Shown: positions 38,621 through 51,760, numbered from the stretch's first letter. The stretch is 64,000 bases of DNA from Azolla caroliniana (GCA_043228905.1 JBHGNT010000001.1:3100001-3164000), one strand, 5' to 3'. A program made the numbers and translations. The notes: a model not told the origin generated them from the letters alone.

Positions 38621-39265
38621 TTCATCGAGTTTCACCTATGGTTGACTTTGAATGATGTGTATCCTTGCCCTTGATTATATCTAATATCTCAGAGGAAATT
38701 TTTATGTACATGCTTAGTCTAATGGTAAGGTCCTACAATGCAACCTCCAAATATGCCATATCATTGACATCCACATAGCACCTAAATTTGTTTCACTATC
38801 CACTAACACAACTCTGGGATTGCAATAAAATGAAACCATTTGAAAATTCTCCAATATGATGATCAACTAGGATCTTGGATACATGCAATCGGCCATTATA
38901 TATGATCAACAATATATCATGCCATTAAAGAACATTGGAAATAGTGAACTAATGATGTTTTGCCATTATATGATATAGTTCCTTCATTGGTGCAAATATA
39001 TCACAAGAATGAGTAGCATCTTAGAGGAGGGATGTGTGTAGAGTCGAGAACTCTCTTGACCTCCTAAAATCCCATTCATGGATTTGTTGTCTGATGCTAG
39101 AGTTATTAAAAGCATGGAGGATGAAATAATATATGAAGCTGATAGTACCTTCATGAAAATTTGTGACTCCATCGTGTGTTGCTCATGATATGCATTTGCA
39201 AAGCTCAGATGAACTGGGCGGGGGATCTGCTGAATTTCTATCTAATGTGCCAATCTGTATACGAA

Positions 39266-39338
39266 TGGAGACAATCAGACTTGAACCGATAACTTCATAC
39301 TTGCAAAACATGTGTTCTACCGATTGAATTACGCCCCC
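39266..39338 (-). tRNA. trnA-UGC: tRNA-Ala(UGC), intronless mitochondrial/bacterial type; probably a NUMT-derived pseudo-tRNA
   Basis: GGGGGCGTAATTCAATCGGTAGAACACATGTTTTGCAAGTATGAAGTTATCGGTTCAAGTCTGATTGTCTCCA (73 nt) folds as a cloverleaf with a G3:U70 Ala determinant and anticodon TGC. Several stem pairs are G-U or mismatched, consistent with transition decay. Confidence 0.8.
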
Positions 39339-39696
39339 ATCCTCGTTCCATATGCAACACGTATCATATGGGCAAACACTGCTTGCATAAATTGAATTGT
39401 AGAACAAATCTCATTTGCATTAATTCTTGAGGTGTAGATTCCTATTCTTGAGCATAACCCACCTTCGAACAAAATGTATAATTTTGCTTCAACTAGCTTA
39501 TCCTAGTCGCAAAATAGTGTGTCGTCTTTTTTGGCACCGAAACATGGCCTCAAGGAAATGAGTATATTGTTTTGATCCATGGTGAGTTTTGAAGGTGTGC
39601 GTGTGTAGATTGGATTGGGGTAGGGAGAGGCGATTCCATTGCTTCTATCATCATGTGAATATAACAACAAAGTGTTTGCATATACAATTCAATATC

Positions 39697-39857
39697 AACA
39701 ATGTGCACGAATATGGTCTTGCAACTGGGGTTCAGTCGGAAGATTTGTGGCCAATACAACAGTAAATTGTTTGCATACACAACAATGTGCAACCAACAAT
39801 GTGCACGAATATGGTCTTGCAACTGGGTTTTGGTTTTAGTCGGAAGATTTGTGGTCA
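39697..39857. repeat. Direct duplication, ~55 bp x2, upstream of MZM1
   Basis: caacaatgtgcacgaatatggtcttgcaactggg...agtcggaagatttgtgg occurs twice. Confidence 0.9.
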
Positions 39858-40027
39858 TTCATCGGACGGGATGAAATGGACTTGAGGCCTTTCATCAAGT
39901 GAAAGTTGAAACACACACACATTGTATCTTCTTGTTTTTTTGCTTAGAATGAATGCCCAAGTCTTTTTTGTTTCACTAGCTTTGTTCATTCAAAGGTTAG
40001 GAATAGGAAGGAGCCCCAGTAACAGCG

Positions 40028-42308
40028 ATGTCCAAGGATCCTATCGCCCTCTTCAGGGGCCTTCTCAGAGCTCGTAGGGTATGCTTCGTGGGCGATGAGA
40101 GAATGCAGAGAGAGTCATGTCGCCAGATACGGTCCTCTTTCGAAGAAAACAGGAATGTCTCCGATCCTGCTCGGCTTGATCAACTCTTCCTCGAAGCCCA
40201 AGAGGCCATCCACATCTTAACCAATTCGATCGTCCAAGGGAAGCTCAACGAGCGGGGAAACATTGGTAACCATTGCAAATTTGATTGTATCTTCTTTTGT
40301 CTTTTATTACTTCCTGATTGTGTTTCTCATTCCTTTATTACTACTTTTTGGTTTTATGTCTGAGTCTTCTAAAGAGATTTTGATGTATTCTGTGGTTGTC
40401 TCGTACAATGATCTGAGCATACACATAGCATATTATTAGGACTTAATTTAAGCTTGAATAGCTAATCATGTTTTTAGTTTATTTGTGATCTTTTATTCAG
40501 TCCTACATATGTCACGTTCTTCTAACACAATGCTCAAACCAATACACATAACTCTATGATTAAGGGAGCATTCATTTCTTGATCAACATGGGAAGCTCTA
40601 CGAGCATGGAAACATCGGTGGGAAAACCCAAATGTATATATGCCATGTGCCCAAGACACCAACAGGTTTAGGGTAACCCAAGATAGAGGATATATGAAGC
40701 TCTATATAGAGGACAGCAGCATCCCTAAGTCTACTTGTGAAGAGTATGAAAATGTCCAAAAAAGCTTCCTTATGAAGTTTCTCCAATTCAAGCTATAAAC
40801 ATTGTACATACTCCTACATATGGAGACTGAATCACTTCCCATTGAGATTATGACCATGGAAGGGTTTCTGGGTATATGGTTAGGGCTCAAAAGAATGCCT
40901 TATATTGACTTCCTTGAATAGCATGGGAAGCAAGATAAAATAGTCAAAAGATACGCAAAAGCAATTTTCTGGTTTCGAGTAGATGCATTTTATTTTCATG
41001 ATACATCAGTAGATTCTTGTATGAATGAGGCTTTTTTCCAATGTCAATGTATTGTGACTAGAGAAAGAGTGGAGAAACCACACTCACCAATGCATATCCC
41101 TTTGTCTGTTATCTGTAACATTCTTTCCTTAGCTCACGTTCTCTTCGATGTGAACTGTGATGATGGGGTATGAATGAGGAGACTCATTGACTATACATAT
41201 CTGAGGCTGAGTATCACACTTTGATACAATGTTCTGCCTTTGACCACATTTGAGTTTGTTTTTCACACATGTATCTTCTGTTTCACCCTCTACACACTTT
41301 CCTAGCATTTTGTTATATGTATTGCATGTAACTGTGAGGTGTGGGATAGAAAATAAAAAAATTAAAGTCTTCGTATACGCATCCAGCCAAATATTTTCTT
41401 GAAGGCTAAACGGGAATTGTCTCCATCATTGATAAATTGTAACATCGTATCATACATGAATGTGGAGAAGGATATAACGTTTTTCATTGATTTCCAGAAA
41501 ATGTAATGCTTTTGACATAGTATAGAGATAGTCATTCCTTTTACAGTACTTGCATTCAAAGTCTCGTTCATGGCATAGGGGCAAAGGAGATGCCTAGGAT
41601 TTCGTACTGTGACTGTAGTGCAAGTTTGCTCGCCGTTTCCTGCTCTTTTTGGGGTTGATGTTAATGAGGTAACCAACAACACCATTTGGAGAGGGAGATG
41701 GAGTGAATTGTTGAACTATCGCTGCTCATTTTGGGTTTTTCAGTTCCACATAAGCCTATATATGATTAGTTATGTACACATGTGGAGGGCCAAGAACACA
41801 TATTGTGGGTAACTGGGACAAATTTCTCCTGCCAAGTTTAAACCTATATAATGATGATATAGCAGAGTTTTGTAGCTTAGAGTGCACACAATTCATGACA
41901 AGCAGCATGCATTGGAACACATGGCAGATACTGCACTGGCCCACAAAGCAGTACGCAAAGGGGTAGGTATTTCGTGCATACATAATGCTTTGCAATGGAC
42001 TTTGATAGGGCTTCCTTGATCATCACTTGGATGACCACCATCCATCACAATCAACTCATTATACCTGCCTTGTCTATGCTATGTGCCGTCCTAAATGAAA
42101 ATATAAAAACATTGAAATTTGATAATTTTTTTTACTATTATATTTGGTTGATTCACATTTGCACTTCATTTCAAGTCATGTGTTGCTTCAATGGCTCTGA
42201 AAAGTACTTACTCACGTCTGTATCATACCTGCAGAAGTAAAGCCCACTATGGAGCATGCCGGAACTACATTGGAAGTCCCTTTACCTGACAGTAAAATAT
42301 GTTCCTAG
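40028..42308 (+). CDS. MZM1: LYR-motif protein MZM1/LYRM7 (complex III Rieske protein chaperone), 2 exons: 40028-40265, 42235-42308
   Basis: LFRGLLRARRVCFVGDERM...IRSSFEENRNV...IVQGKLNERGNI|EVKPTMEHAGTTLEVP. G|GTAAC donor and ctgcag|AA acceptor are in phase; stop TAG at 42306-42308. Confidence 0.88.
40590..41990. mobile_element. Decayed coding-like relics (possibly LINE ORF2 3' end) in the MZM1 intron
   Basis: Minus-strand ...CTTVTVRNPRHLLCPYA...HYIFWKSMKNVISF loosely resembles the HL..C and IW..RN..IF motifs of L1 C-termini. Weak. Confidence 0.3.
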
Positions 42309-43719
42309 TATAGTCCATGAAAAAGGAAATGGAGACAGGAAATAAATTTTATGAGAAAACCATGATGAAGGTTCATCTATCAACCAACTGTTTTCGACAG
42401 ATTCAGATATTACGCTTGATAGAGAAGGCAAAGCATTGCCATGTTGTCTCAGCGAAAATTTACAGGATTTTTCTTATTACCTGCTTAAGCATCTTATGCT
42501 CTATTTGAACAATGTGACTGTACTATTATAAGCTAAGGTTCATTGAGGTTTTTTTATTTTAAGATTGGAGTCTAGTTTTATTCCGTATACATTTATCAAG
42601 GTTTGTGCGTTTAGGCCTGGTCCAAATAATTATTTTGTTGATTAATCTCATCAGTGTGATAATCTGATTCTTATGATGTTTAACAAGCTCTTCCTTGCCA
42701 TCATCTCAAGTGGCTGTGTATTTGTCACAGATCTCCATGATGAACATTTTATTTTAGTAAATTGTCTGAGGTGAGTATGAGTTTTTTATGTAAATATACA
42801 ATTGTGTTTCTGAGAAACGTGTTGAGTAATGCAAGCGTGCAGAGCAACAAAGCCAAGATACATTTTAAATGTAAAGTTGGTGGCTTCTAGCATTGATTTA
42901 GACACATTGATTAATTTGTGAGTGACAAAATAAGTTAATGGTGATTCAAGGGGTGTAATACCCATGTTCGCTTATCGCACTCTTCACAACCATTGTTTCT
43001 TTTTGTTACTCGTGAATCTCCAAGGGAACTTACATGACATATAAAAGCAATGCTTCCGTACAGTGTTTTCGTAAGCAATTTTGTGCTTTTTTATTTTCTC
43101 CTCAATCACATACATGTGCACAAGCAATTTCATTTATGGCTTAGGATCAATGATCACGTGTTGCTAGGAATAAGGATCACAACTATACTATATAGCAAGT
43201 GTAAGATTGGCAAGCTAAGGAAGATAATACACCATTGTCCCCACCCTCCCTCCCCCAAGTTAAAACTCCTTAAGTTGATCATAGGAAGAATCGTGAGTTG
43301 ATGTGCAATGATGGTAGGCTTGCATTATAGTGGTATAGTTAAAACTCCTTGAGAAATTACTATTCCTTAAAACAAACATCCACTAAATCAAACCAAAATC
43401 ATTGAAGTTAAATCAGCTATGGAACTAAATTATGTGTACAAAACCATCCCAGATGACGTTATACTCACGTGTTGCCAAGTAAGAGGCTAGGAAATAACAA
43501 AATACGTAAGACAGAGTGAATGTTCTTTCCATGGTGGATAGGAAGAGTGCGAGGTCCAGCCACGCCTTATTACAGCTGGAGATCATTGCCCAAGAATGAT
43601 GGGGCATGGAAACACAAAAAATGTCGGGAATCCAAATCCGTAACATAAAAAAACAGTCTAAATTCTCTATCATTCTCATCGAGAAAGATTCAGATTGGTA
43701 AGTAGTGACCCTCAAAATT

Positions 43720-45390
43720 ATGGGCGAAATGTTACATGTCAAGCCACTCGAGGAAATGGGTCTTCACCAGGTGGACCATCAAGATAGGTACTCTCTCTTA
43801 AGCTTCCTAAAATCGTGTGGAAAGCAGAAAGACCTTCATAAGACGATTAACATACACTCACAAATCCTGCAGAAAAAGCTGTTTCTGAAGGATGTCTATG
43901 TCAACACGGCTCTGATCAGTGCCTATTCCAAATGTGGAGCTCTTGCAGAAGCACAACAAGTATTTAATCAGCTTCCTATTCAGAATGTTGTATCTTGGAC
44001 TGCATTGATTTCTGGCTATGCTCACCATGGCCTTGGAAATGAAGCCATAGATCGATTTCGGCAAATGCGGGATGAAGGTATTCCACCAAATTCGGTCACA
44101 TTTATTTCCATTCTGAAAGCCTGTAGTAGCATAGGATCCACCCTTGTGGGAGAAGAGATACATGGTGAGATCAAGAAGCTGGGCTTGTTAAAGGAAAACC
44201 TTGTGCTTGGTACCTCATTGGTTGACATGTATGCGAAATGTGGCCAGCTTAACAAAGCACGAAAAGTGTTTGATGATGAGCTTCCAGTTCATGACGTAGT
44301 GGCTTGGAATTCTTTGCTTTCTGGATATGTTCGACATGGGCTTGGACAAGAAGCTCTTGATTGCTTCCGAAGGATGCGTGACCAAGGTCTCTGTCCAGAT
44401 AAGGTTACCTTTATTTGTATCTTGAAAGCTTGTGGTAGCATAAAATCTCCGGAACTTGGACAAGAGATCGATGCTGAGATCCGAAAGCAGGGCTTGTTAG
44501 GGAAAGATATCACACTCGACACCTCATTGGTAGACATGTATGCTAAATGTGGCATGCTGGACAAAGCCCAAGAGTTATTCGACAAGCTTCCGAAGCGTAA
44601 TGTTGTGACTTGGACTGCATTGATTACTGGGTATGCTCATTATGAACTTATGGATGAAGCTCTGGATTGCTTTATGCAAATGCGAGAAGAGAGAATTATG
44701 CCGAATTCTGTCACATTTATTTGTATTCTGAAAGCCTGTGGGAGCATCGGAGCTCTGAAGACAGGAGAAGAGATACATACTGAGGTCAGCAAGCAAGGAC
44801 TATTACAAAGAGATATTGTGATTGGCACTGCGATGGTGGATATGTATGCCAAATGTGGTATGCTTGGAAAAGCACAACACGTGTTTAATGAGCTTCCTTT
44901 ACAGGATGTTGTATCTTGGAATGCACTCATTGCTGGGTATGCTCAACTGGGTCAGGTCAAACTAGTCTTTGGCTTAATCTCCAAAATGACAAAAGAAGGC
45001 GTTTTGCCAGATGAAGTTACTTTCCTTGTGTTATTGACTGTATCCAGTCATGCAGGCTTAGTAGAGGAGGGCCATGTTATCTTTGATGAGGTGTGTACCT
45101 ACTATCCTTCTCCAACCTTAGAACATTATGCTTGCATGGTTGATATTTTGAGCCGAGCAGGGCACTTCGATAAATCTGTAGCTTTGATTGAGAAGGTTCA
45201 AGTTTCAGATCGTCTTCAACTATGGCTTGCACTGTTGGGTGCTTGTCAAGTATGGATCAATGAAAAGCTTGGTAGATGGGCCTATGAGCAATTGATAAAC
45301 CTAGATGAGAAGTGTGCCGCTGCATATATTGGAATGGGAAATATACATGCAGCTTTTGGTGTCCAGGAGACAACACATGATGTAATCTAA
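43720..45390 (+). CDS. PLS-class pentatricopeptide repeat protein with E1/E2 domains, no intact DYW (organellar RNA-editing factor type), single exon
   Basis: First in-frame ATG is 43720 (the ORF track start 43705 is GTG). Four (D)MYxKCG-containing PLS units, then EHYACMVDILSRAG and WLALLGAC...AAYIGMGNIHA. Confidence 0.93.
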   Translation: MGEMLHVKPLEEMGLHQVDHQDRYSLLSFLKSCGKQKDLHKTINIHSQILQKKLFLKDVYVNTALISAYSKCGALAEAQQVFNQLPIQNVVSWTALISGYAHHGLGNEAIDRFRQMRDEGIPPNSVTFISILKACSSIGSTLVGEEIHGEIKKLGLLKENLVLGTSLVDMYAKCGQLNKARKVFDDELPVHDVVAWNSLLSGYVRHGLGQEALDCFRRMRDQGLCPDKVTFICILKACGSIKSPELGQEIDAEIRKQGLLGKDITLDTSLVDMYAKCGMLDKAQELFDKLPKRNVVTWTALITGYAHYELMDEALDCFMQMREERIMPNSVTFICILKACGSIGALKTGEEIHTEVSKQGLLQRDIVIGTAMVDMYAKCGMLGKAQHVFNELPLQDVVSWNALIAGYAQLGQVKLVFGLISKMTKEGVLPDEVTFLVLLTVSSHAGLVEEGHVIFDEVCTYYPSPTLEHYACMVDILSRAGHFDKSVALIEKVQVSDRLQLWLALLGACQVWINEKLGRWAYEQLINLDEKCAAAYIGMGNIHAAFGVQETTHDVI

Positions 45391-45429
45391 AGGTATTTTT
45401 AAGATCTTTAAGATCTTTAAATGCATCTC

Positions 45430-45760
45430 TTCTTAAAAATCCAGGTGAAGACAAGATGGGATCCTTTAATTCCAACTCACAAGATATCTTGAACCACAAA
45501 AGCAAGGATGTTATGTGGTTGATGACTGTATTGTCCTATGTGTTGTTATCTGACTCAATTAATGTAAAGAGTTGGAACACCGAGGAACTAGCCATATGTG
45601 CTGATCAATACATTTGAAGGTATGCATGGTGTTACAAAGAAGATCCATCCCCATAATGATTTTTGTTATCTGATTTGTATAACATTCAGGTCAAAGAACA
45701 CGGTTAGTGGGTACTGCAGAGTGTTGCGTTTTCAAGTTGTTTCCTTGTGGGTTTAAACAT
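45430..45760 (+). pseudogene. Decayed E+/DYW deaminase-domain sequence downstream of the PPR stop
   Basis: Out of frame with the ORF: KNPG (45435) ... SWNTEELAICA (45570-45602), frameshift, LINTFEGMHGVTKKIH (45601-), frameshift, CCVFKLFPCG (~45722-45751). Collinear with PG box / HSEKLAIAxxLINTPxG / HxFxxGxCSC. Confidence 0.65.
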
Positions 45761-46619
45761 GGGCTTCCATGGTATGTGCTAGATCTGGACCCAGAGGTTG
45801 CAGGAGACAATGAAGTATTGTTTTTGGAACTGCCCTCTTGCTCTAACATTGTTTTTCGATTGGCCTGTGGGCAGCCTGATATTTCTCTATGGCTCTTCAC
45901 ATATTTCTAACAAATCCTCAAGCAGGATAACATGCTGAAGATACTAGGACTCAGCCCCTTGCACTTCAGTCTCTTGCTTGAATTCTACTTTTGAGCCTTC
46001 CATTTAAAATTTGGTGTCTAGTTTCTTGCAGGACACTTTTGTGTGTTTGCGCTAGAGTTGCTTGTATTTGACTTTCTCAGACAATATAATTAGCCACAGT
46101 TTTTTGCTGATAAAATAAAATATTGGAACATACAACCCCTTTATGCCCATTATAACATTTTCTTTCAATGCACTGATACAATATATAGTTGAAGGAAAGA
46201 ATGTGGTATTTTGTGAATTTGCATTAAGCTAAGAGCATGATTTGATAACTTAATGGTTCTACCACCCACTATATTAATATTACAACAAGACATTACATGC
46301 ACAGGGCAATGTATTACGTGATGCATTGCCTATTCTAGTTTATTTTATATAATTGAGTTTTTCTAAACGATGTCTACATACATTAGTGTGGAGTGTGAAA
46401 AAGAGGATATGTATTATATTTAAGGGGATGGGAGAAAGGAAGGTATCGTGGAAAATTGATAAGGAGATGAAAAAGAAAGTGGTTAGAAATTTTCTTAAAG
46501 ATATTTTCTTCCTCGTTTCCCCATCTATCATATTTTAATCTTGGGCTAGAGAAGCGTAGCTGCACTGCCACATCATATTAATGGGTTTCCCAAGACAAGA
46601 TGTCATAGTGGTATGCATT

Positions 46620-49600
46620 ATGTTGACAATTGGCTATATGGCCATTACTACCAGATAGTAATAGATGCCCAAAGTTGGGACTTTTACTTGTTTGAGTTGG
46701 AGTGATGGAGATGGAGAGTTCGTCTGCTGTTTGGGGCGTTTGTGAATTTTATGGGATCAACTGTTATTGCTCACTTTGTAGGTTTCAGATGCTGATGCAA
46801 TGTTGAGAACCTTTCAGGGCACTATTCGGTTTGCAGTCAAGTTTGCTATGGTAATGGATGGTAAGTTCAGGTCACTGCCCTGGCCTGCTAATAGGAAACT
46901 ATCACATGCAACACCTGTGGTATTTTGAACCACATCTGCAGCTCCAGATATAGCGCACAACAATTTCACATAGTCTTCGAATTCTGGATATAATAAAAAA
47001 AGAATTGTGAGGACTTGCAAAGTATAATGATGAAGTAGTAGAGAATTATTGGGCCAATCGCTTTAGCTTTTGAGTTATTTAAGTTGGTGAATCTTTAAAA
47101 AGAATTGGTTGTAAAAATTAACCAAAGTTTTCTGGAATCTTGAGCATAGCCCCATTTGTTTCTTTCCTCAACTATAGGTGCAACTTCTGTAGATTCTGGG
47201 TTGTGCCAGAAGAGGAAAGGGCAGTGAGGCCATACATACCTGCATCAAACACGATTCCCAGATCAACAGCTCCAGTAGCATTCCCAGCACCCCCCCTCCC
47301 CCAACAAAATCAAAGGGTGTTGCAAGGCCTAATGCAACAGTGGTGTTAGAAGAAGGATTTTGAGCAAGTAAAGGCTGCCCATTGTGATCTACAACAAATG
47401 CACTAGTCATCAAAGCTGAAGATATTGCTGCAGGGCTGATTGTGGGATATTTTTGCTTCACCAGTGCAGCAATGCCTGCAATGTAAGGGGTTGCCATGCT
47501 TGTCCTAGAGATCATGGCAAATCTTTGACCTGTTTAATTTTAGTATTTAAATACACTCGAGCATGATCTACTTTTGTGTTGGCATTGCACATTGAAATTC
47601 CATAAATGACATCTATTTAATTTGTGCTGATATAGAGAATTTGTCCAACAGCAGATTAGCATAAGGCTGACCTTGGTACTCAGTGGAATCTGCGCCAATA
47701 GTGAACCAATCTGCCCATATCATATTGCTGGGTACCATGGAATTTGGCTTTAAAACATCACCAACTTGACATCTCGCATTTGCAGTATCAGGTTCTCGCG
47801 ACGAGAAACTTGCGACTTGTGGGTCTTGATTACTGAATCGAGCCTTTGCTTACCCCAGGATCTTTATCGTTGCAGTGAAATTATGTGTACAGGAATAAAA
47901 GTCCAAAACAGCCTGTAATGTTGTGACTTGTACTAGAAATCTTTGAAGTTGTCAAGCAGGCTATGTTTATTATGACTCTGATAATTAAGTATATGAACAG
48001 GATTTGTTTTCAGAACCTCTATGGTGTGAATGCCACTCAAACTATAATCTATAAATGGTAAGTGTGGGAAAAAGCTAGGCCCTCTTGCTAGGATGCTGGG
48101 ATATATCTATAAAGGTGGTTGGGTGGAGCATAACTGTAGACAATGCAAGTTTTCCTCAGCAATCATACCTTATATCCATTTGAAGATAAGCCATTATTGC
48201 TGGAACCGAAAATGGTTGATTTGAAATGCTGATGCCATTCAAATCAACAGTTGTAATCATCACCACACCCACAGCAGACAAAGTTTTGATTGTATTTACA
48301 ACATTGTTTAATGTCGATGTCCCAAAGATGAAATTTAGACCATAACTGCAGATTAATAATTTGCCCCGTACCATCTCCATGTTAAAACTAGTTGCATTTT
48401 GGCATTCATCATCATTTTGTGCATTAGTTCTATTATGATCTTGAAGAGCATCTGTCGCTAGCTAGTATAAAGTTGTACATAGTGTTTCCCGGAGTGTCAA
48501 CTGTGAAGTAAAATTTCGATAAAAATAATGTGCAATAATCAAATCCAGTGTTGCCATGAGCTAGCTCACAAGAGGACTTAGACATTTTCCCATGTGGGGA
48601 AGAACCCACTTTCCCCCGTGTTTCCCCGATTATATGCTTAAGTAACTCGTATGTTCTGCATCTCCTGTGGAAGCTCATAACTCTAGGTCCTGATCTGTTT
48701 TGCTGGAATTGTATCAGGAAAATATCTCTGACTTCTTGTACCTATGTTGCTACGAGCTATCTAGATCATAATATGCAATGGTTGGGGGGAGGGGATGGGG
48801 TAGAGAAAATATAGATTTAGCTTACAGGCAAGCCCTGTTCCTTGGATAGTTGCATGGTTGCCAAGAATCATAAGAGTTTCGATATGTCCTGTCAGTGACA
48901 CTTGCGGCAATGGAGCATATCCAGGGGCTGAAAGACAGAGTTGACTGAGGATAAGGGCCTTTGTTCCCTGCAGCTTGTGCTATAAATACTCCTGCTCGGC
49001 TCCCCGATAACATGGCCATATCGAAAACACTCAACAGGTGGGCCACTTGGACTTACAGACAAGCTTAAAATGTCTACATTATCTTTGACAGCCGGATTTG
49101 AAGTTGCAAACTCAACAATGATAATGAGTCTACTGAATATCATGCAATCCAATATGAGGTATAGCAAAGCCTTCAAGACAACGAAAAAAAATGAAATATC
49201 AAAGTGGAAAAATGAGGTGTCACACCTGCTCAATAGCAGCCACAACATCTGATATAAAGCCTCCAAATCCTTGGTATAGTGCTTTGTAGACTGCAATACT
49301 GTGCAGCGTAGAAAATATCATATGGGCACCCATTGACAAGGAGTATTTTCTTTGTTTATTCAACTTGTACGATATGAAAAGGATTGGAATTATTTTTACT
49401 GGGCACTTGGTGCCATGCCACTAGCAAAGCCAAAGCTTAAACCATCAACCAACACTTCATGTCCATTATTTCCAGCTGCCGTTGAAGTTGTATGACTGCA
49501 AACAGACAGACACACACAGCATGAAGAATCGGGCAGCATGGTGAGGCCTGTGATGAGCCCATGCATAACCCATAGGAGTCAATACGCCAGCGATTGACCC

Positions 49601-50920
49601 ATCTGTTTGTGAACAGCTACGTGTGGACAATCTGGATAGCCATAGCCTGGTTTTGGAGGTTTATATACAGTTTAAAGAGCTGATATGGTAGCTAGCCCCT
49701 ATAATACCATGAAACCCTAGGGTCTACCAAATTATAGCTAGATCATAGTTCTTCTGACCATGTCCACCCTCATGGTTGGCCACGAAATAATGAGTCAATA
49801 ATTCATGAAAATGAATACCGCTGAAACACACTCACGTGCCATGACCAACAGCATCCAGTGGTGATGCAAAGTCCATGCCGGTATTGAATAGCCCATTGGC
49901 AATAACAGCTTTTGCAAAGTGCTGGGCTCCCACAAGCTTTCAGTTGCAAGAGCCACGAGGGAATTCGGTTGCAACTTCACAAGACCCTTTATAATGTGTA
50001 GCTTTAGGATATGTTTTGATTGTTTCATCAGAGAAACTAGACAACCCCAATCACAATACCCTCCCCAGCATTAATGGCACCACCTTCTGCCTTCCATTCC
50101 CCATTGGGTGGCCCTAGGTCTGTATTGTGCTGTCTCTTTCCATGAGTAATACCTCCTCCGCCTTCTCCAAAATGGAAGCCTATCATAAGCTACAGAACTG
50201 GTTATGACAAAATATTATGTGCTAAATTACAACGTCGAAACATATCCTTTATGAGCGCATTAGAAATGATGCATCCATAAATGCGATAGTGTAGTGGTAA
50301 AGCTTATGCTTTTTAACCTTCATCCAAGTCAAATGTCCATTCATATTTTGCCTGTGATCTTATATTACATAAAAATTGTAGCATTGTCTTAAGGTAATAC
50401 TAATAAAATTATGCAGATCAATTATCAATGCTAAGCATCCACCAATCTGAAGGATGTATGCACATGATTAAAGGTACATTTCGATTTGCATCAGTACGTT
50501 ATAGATCCATCTCTGTCTTACGTCAAGTAATTCAGCAAGTTTTCAAATTATGTGAATTTCACCAATTGTTATTATCTATACTAGATAGAGACTTCAGTTG
50601 TGTAGTGGTTTATTAATTGATGAGCACGGATTGTGGTTTTGTTACGCATGGAGAAATTTTGAAGGTTAAGAACATTCTGATATATGTCTGTAACATGTTG
50701 GGAAGGGATGAGTTTGTTGATTGGGATCTGAACTTAAGTTCCATAGATGGTGAGCTTCAGTTCACTCTACCTGCTCCTCCGAGATTAGAGCTGCAAAAGC
50801 ATTGATGAGGTGAGTGTAGCTATACAGCTTCCTGTATATCCCAGGAGTGAAAGCTCCTTGAAGCGGGAGGTCATGAGAGTTAACCAAGTCTGAAGCATAA
50901 GCATGCTTACTGCGACTGCA
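46620..50920 (-). pseudogene. Multi-exon subtilisin-like serine protease (S8, SBT2-type) pseudogene
   Basis: I9 prodomain (YRKLYSYTHLINAFAA); GEGIVIGVV* with the catalytic Asp segment deleted (~50040); GSCN*KLVGAQHF with a premature stop; GHGT/HT..TAAGN; AQAAGNKGP; ISRTSMATPYIAG in place of SGTSMAxPHIAG; DLNLPSITI; several frameshifts. Confidence 0.9.
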
Positions 50921-51179
50921 TGAATGGAGAGAAGAAGAAGATAAAATAAGAGAGAGATTGAATGTGTATGATTGGATTTTGTATGATAAGGGGGCCAAGA
51001 TGTTTGCATTTGCAATCTTGACCAACACTATAAGCAAAGGATAGGCTTTTTCGCACCGCAGCCGTGGGCATGGGTGGCCAACATAATTGTATAGCTTCTT
51101 TGAACACGCATGGCATTAGTACAATTCAGTCATTCCCGTAGGAAATAGCTCTTGTTACTTTATCTTTACACGCTGGACA

Positions 51180-51760
51180 GCCACGTTTTAATGTGGGTGG
51201 ACTCGTCACATGTCCAAATAGATGGACTCATCAAAGGTTCTTTACAAGATCGGAGGCTGTGACAATCAAACTTCATGAAGCTCTTCATCTCAATGATCTA
51301 AGAGGTTGTGACAATCATACATATGCTTGATGCTCTAGGTATTTGCTAGCCATCACCTTCTCAAAGACATCTGCAAACTCTTGATCCTTTGCCAATAGTT
51401 GGATCTTGGAATTTTGTCGGATGGTCAATGAAGTTGCTAATACAAACATGTCCTCTGTCCATCCTTTTTCACATAACATATGTGGAGAGAGTCGAGATTT
51501 GATGGGCATCCGAATCTGATACTGTCTAGGTGAGAGATATAGGACTTTCTCCCATTTTATGTGATTCTATATTTGCTTGCTTTCCCAATCAACTTTGAAA
51601 TTATGAAATCCTAACCAATTCATCTAAATGTGGAGAGAGTTGAGGTTTGATGTGATCTGAAATCCAACATTGTCTAGGTGAGAGATTTAGGACGTTCTCA
51701 GTTTATTTTTTGATTTTCTAGTCATTCTTTGGAATTATGAAATCCTAACCAATGCATATA
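51180..51760 (-). mobile_element. Ty3/Gypsy pol relic (protease-RT linker) with an internal ~150-bp duplication
   Basis: KDQEFADVFEK...LEHQAY resembles the YxEFxDVFxK...LPxHRxYD motif preceding Gypsy RT. atgtggagagagt.gag.tttgatg...tgtctaggtgagagat.taggac is duplicated at ~51480 and ~51628. Confidence 0.6.
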
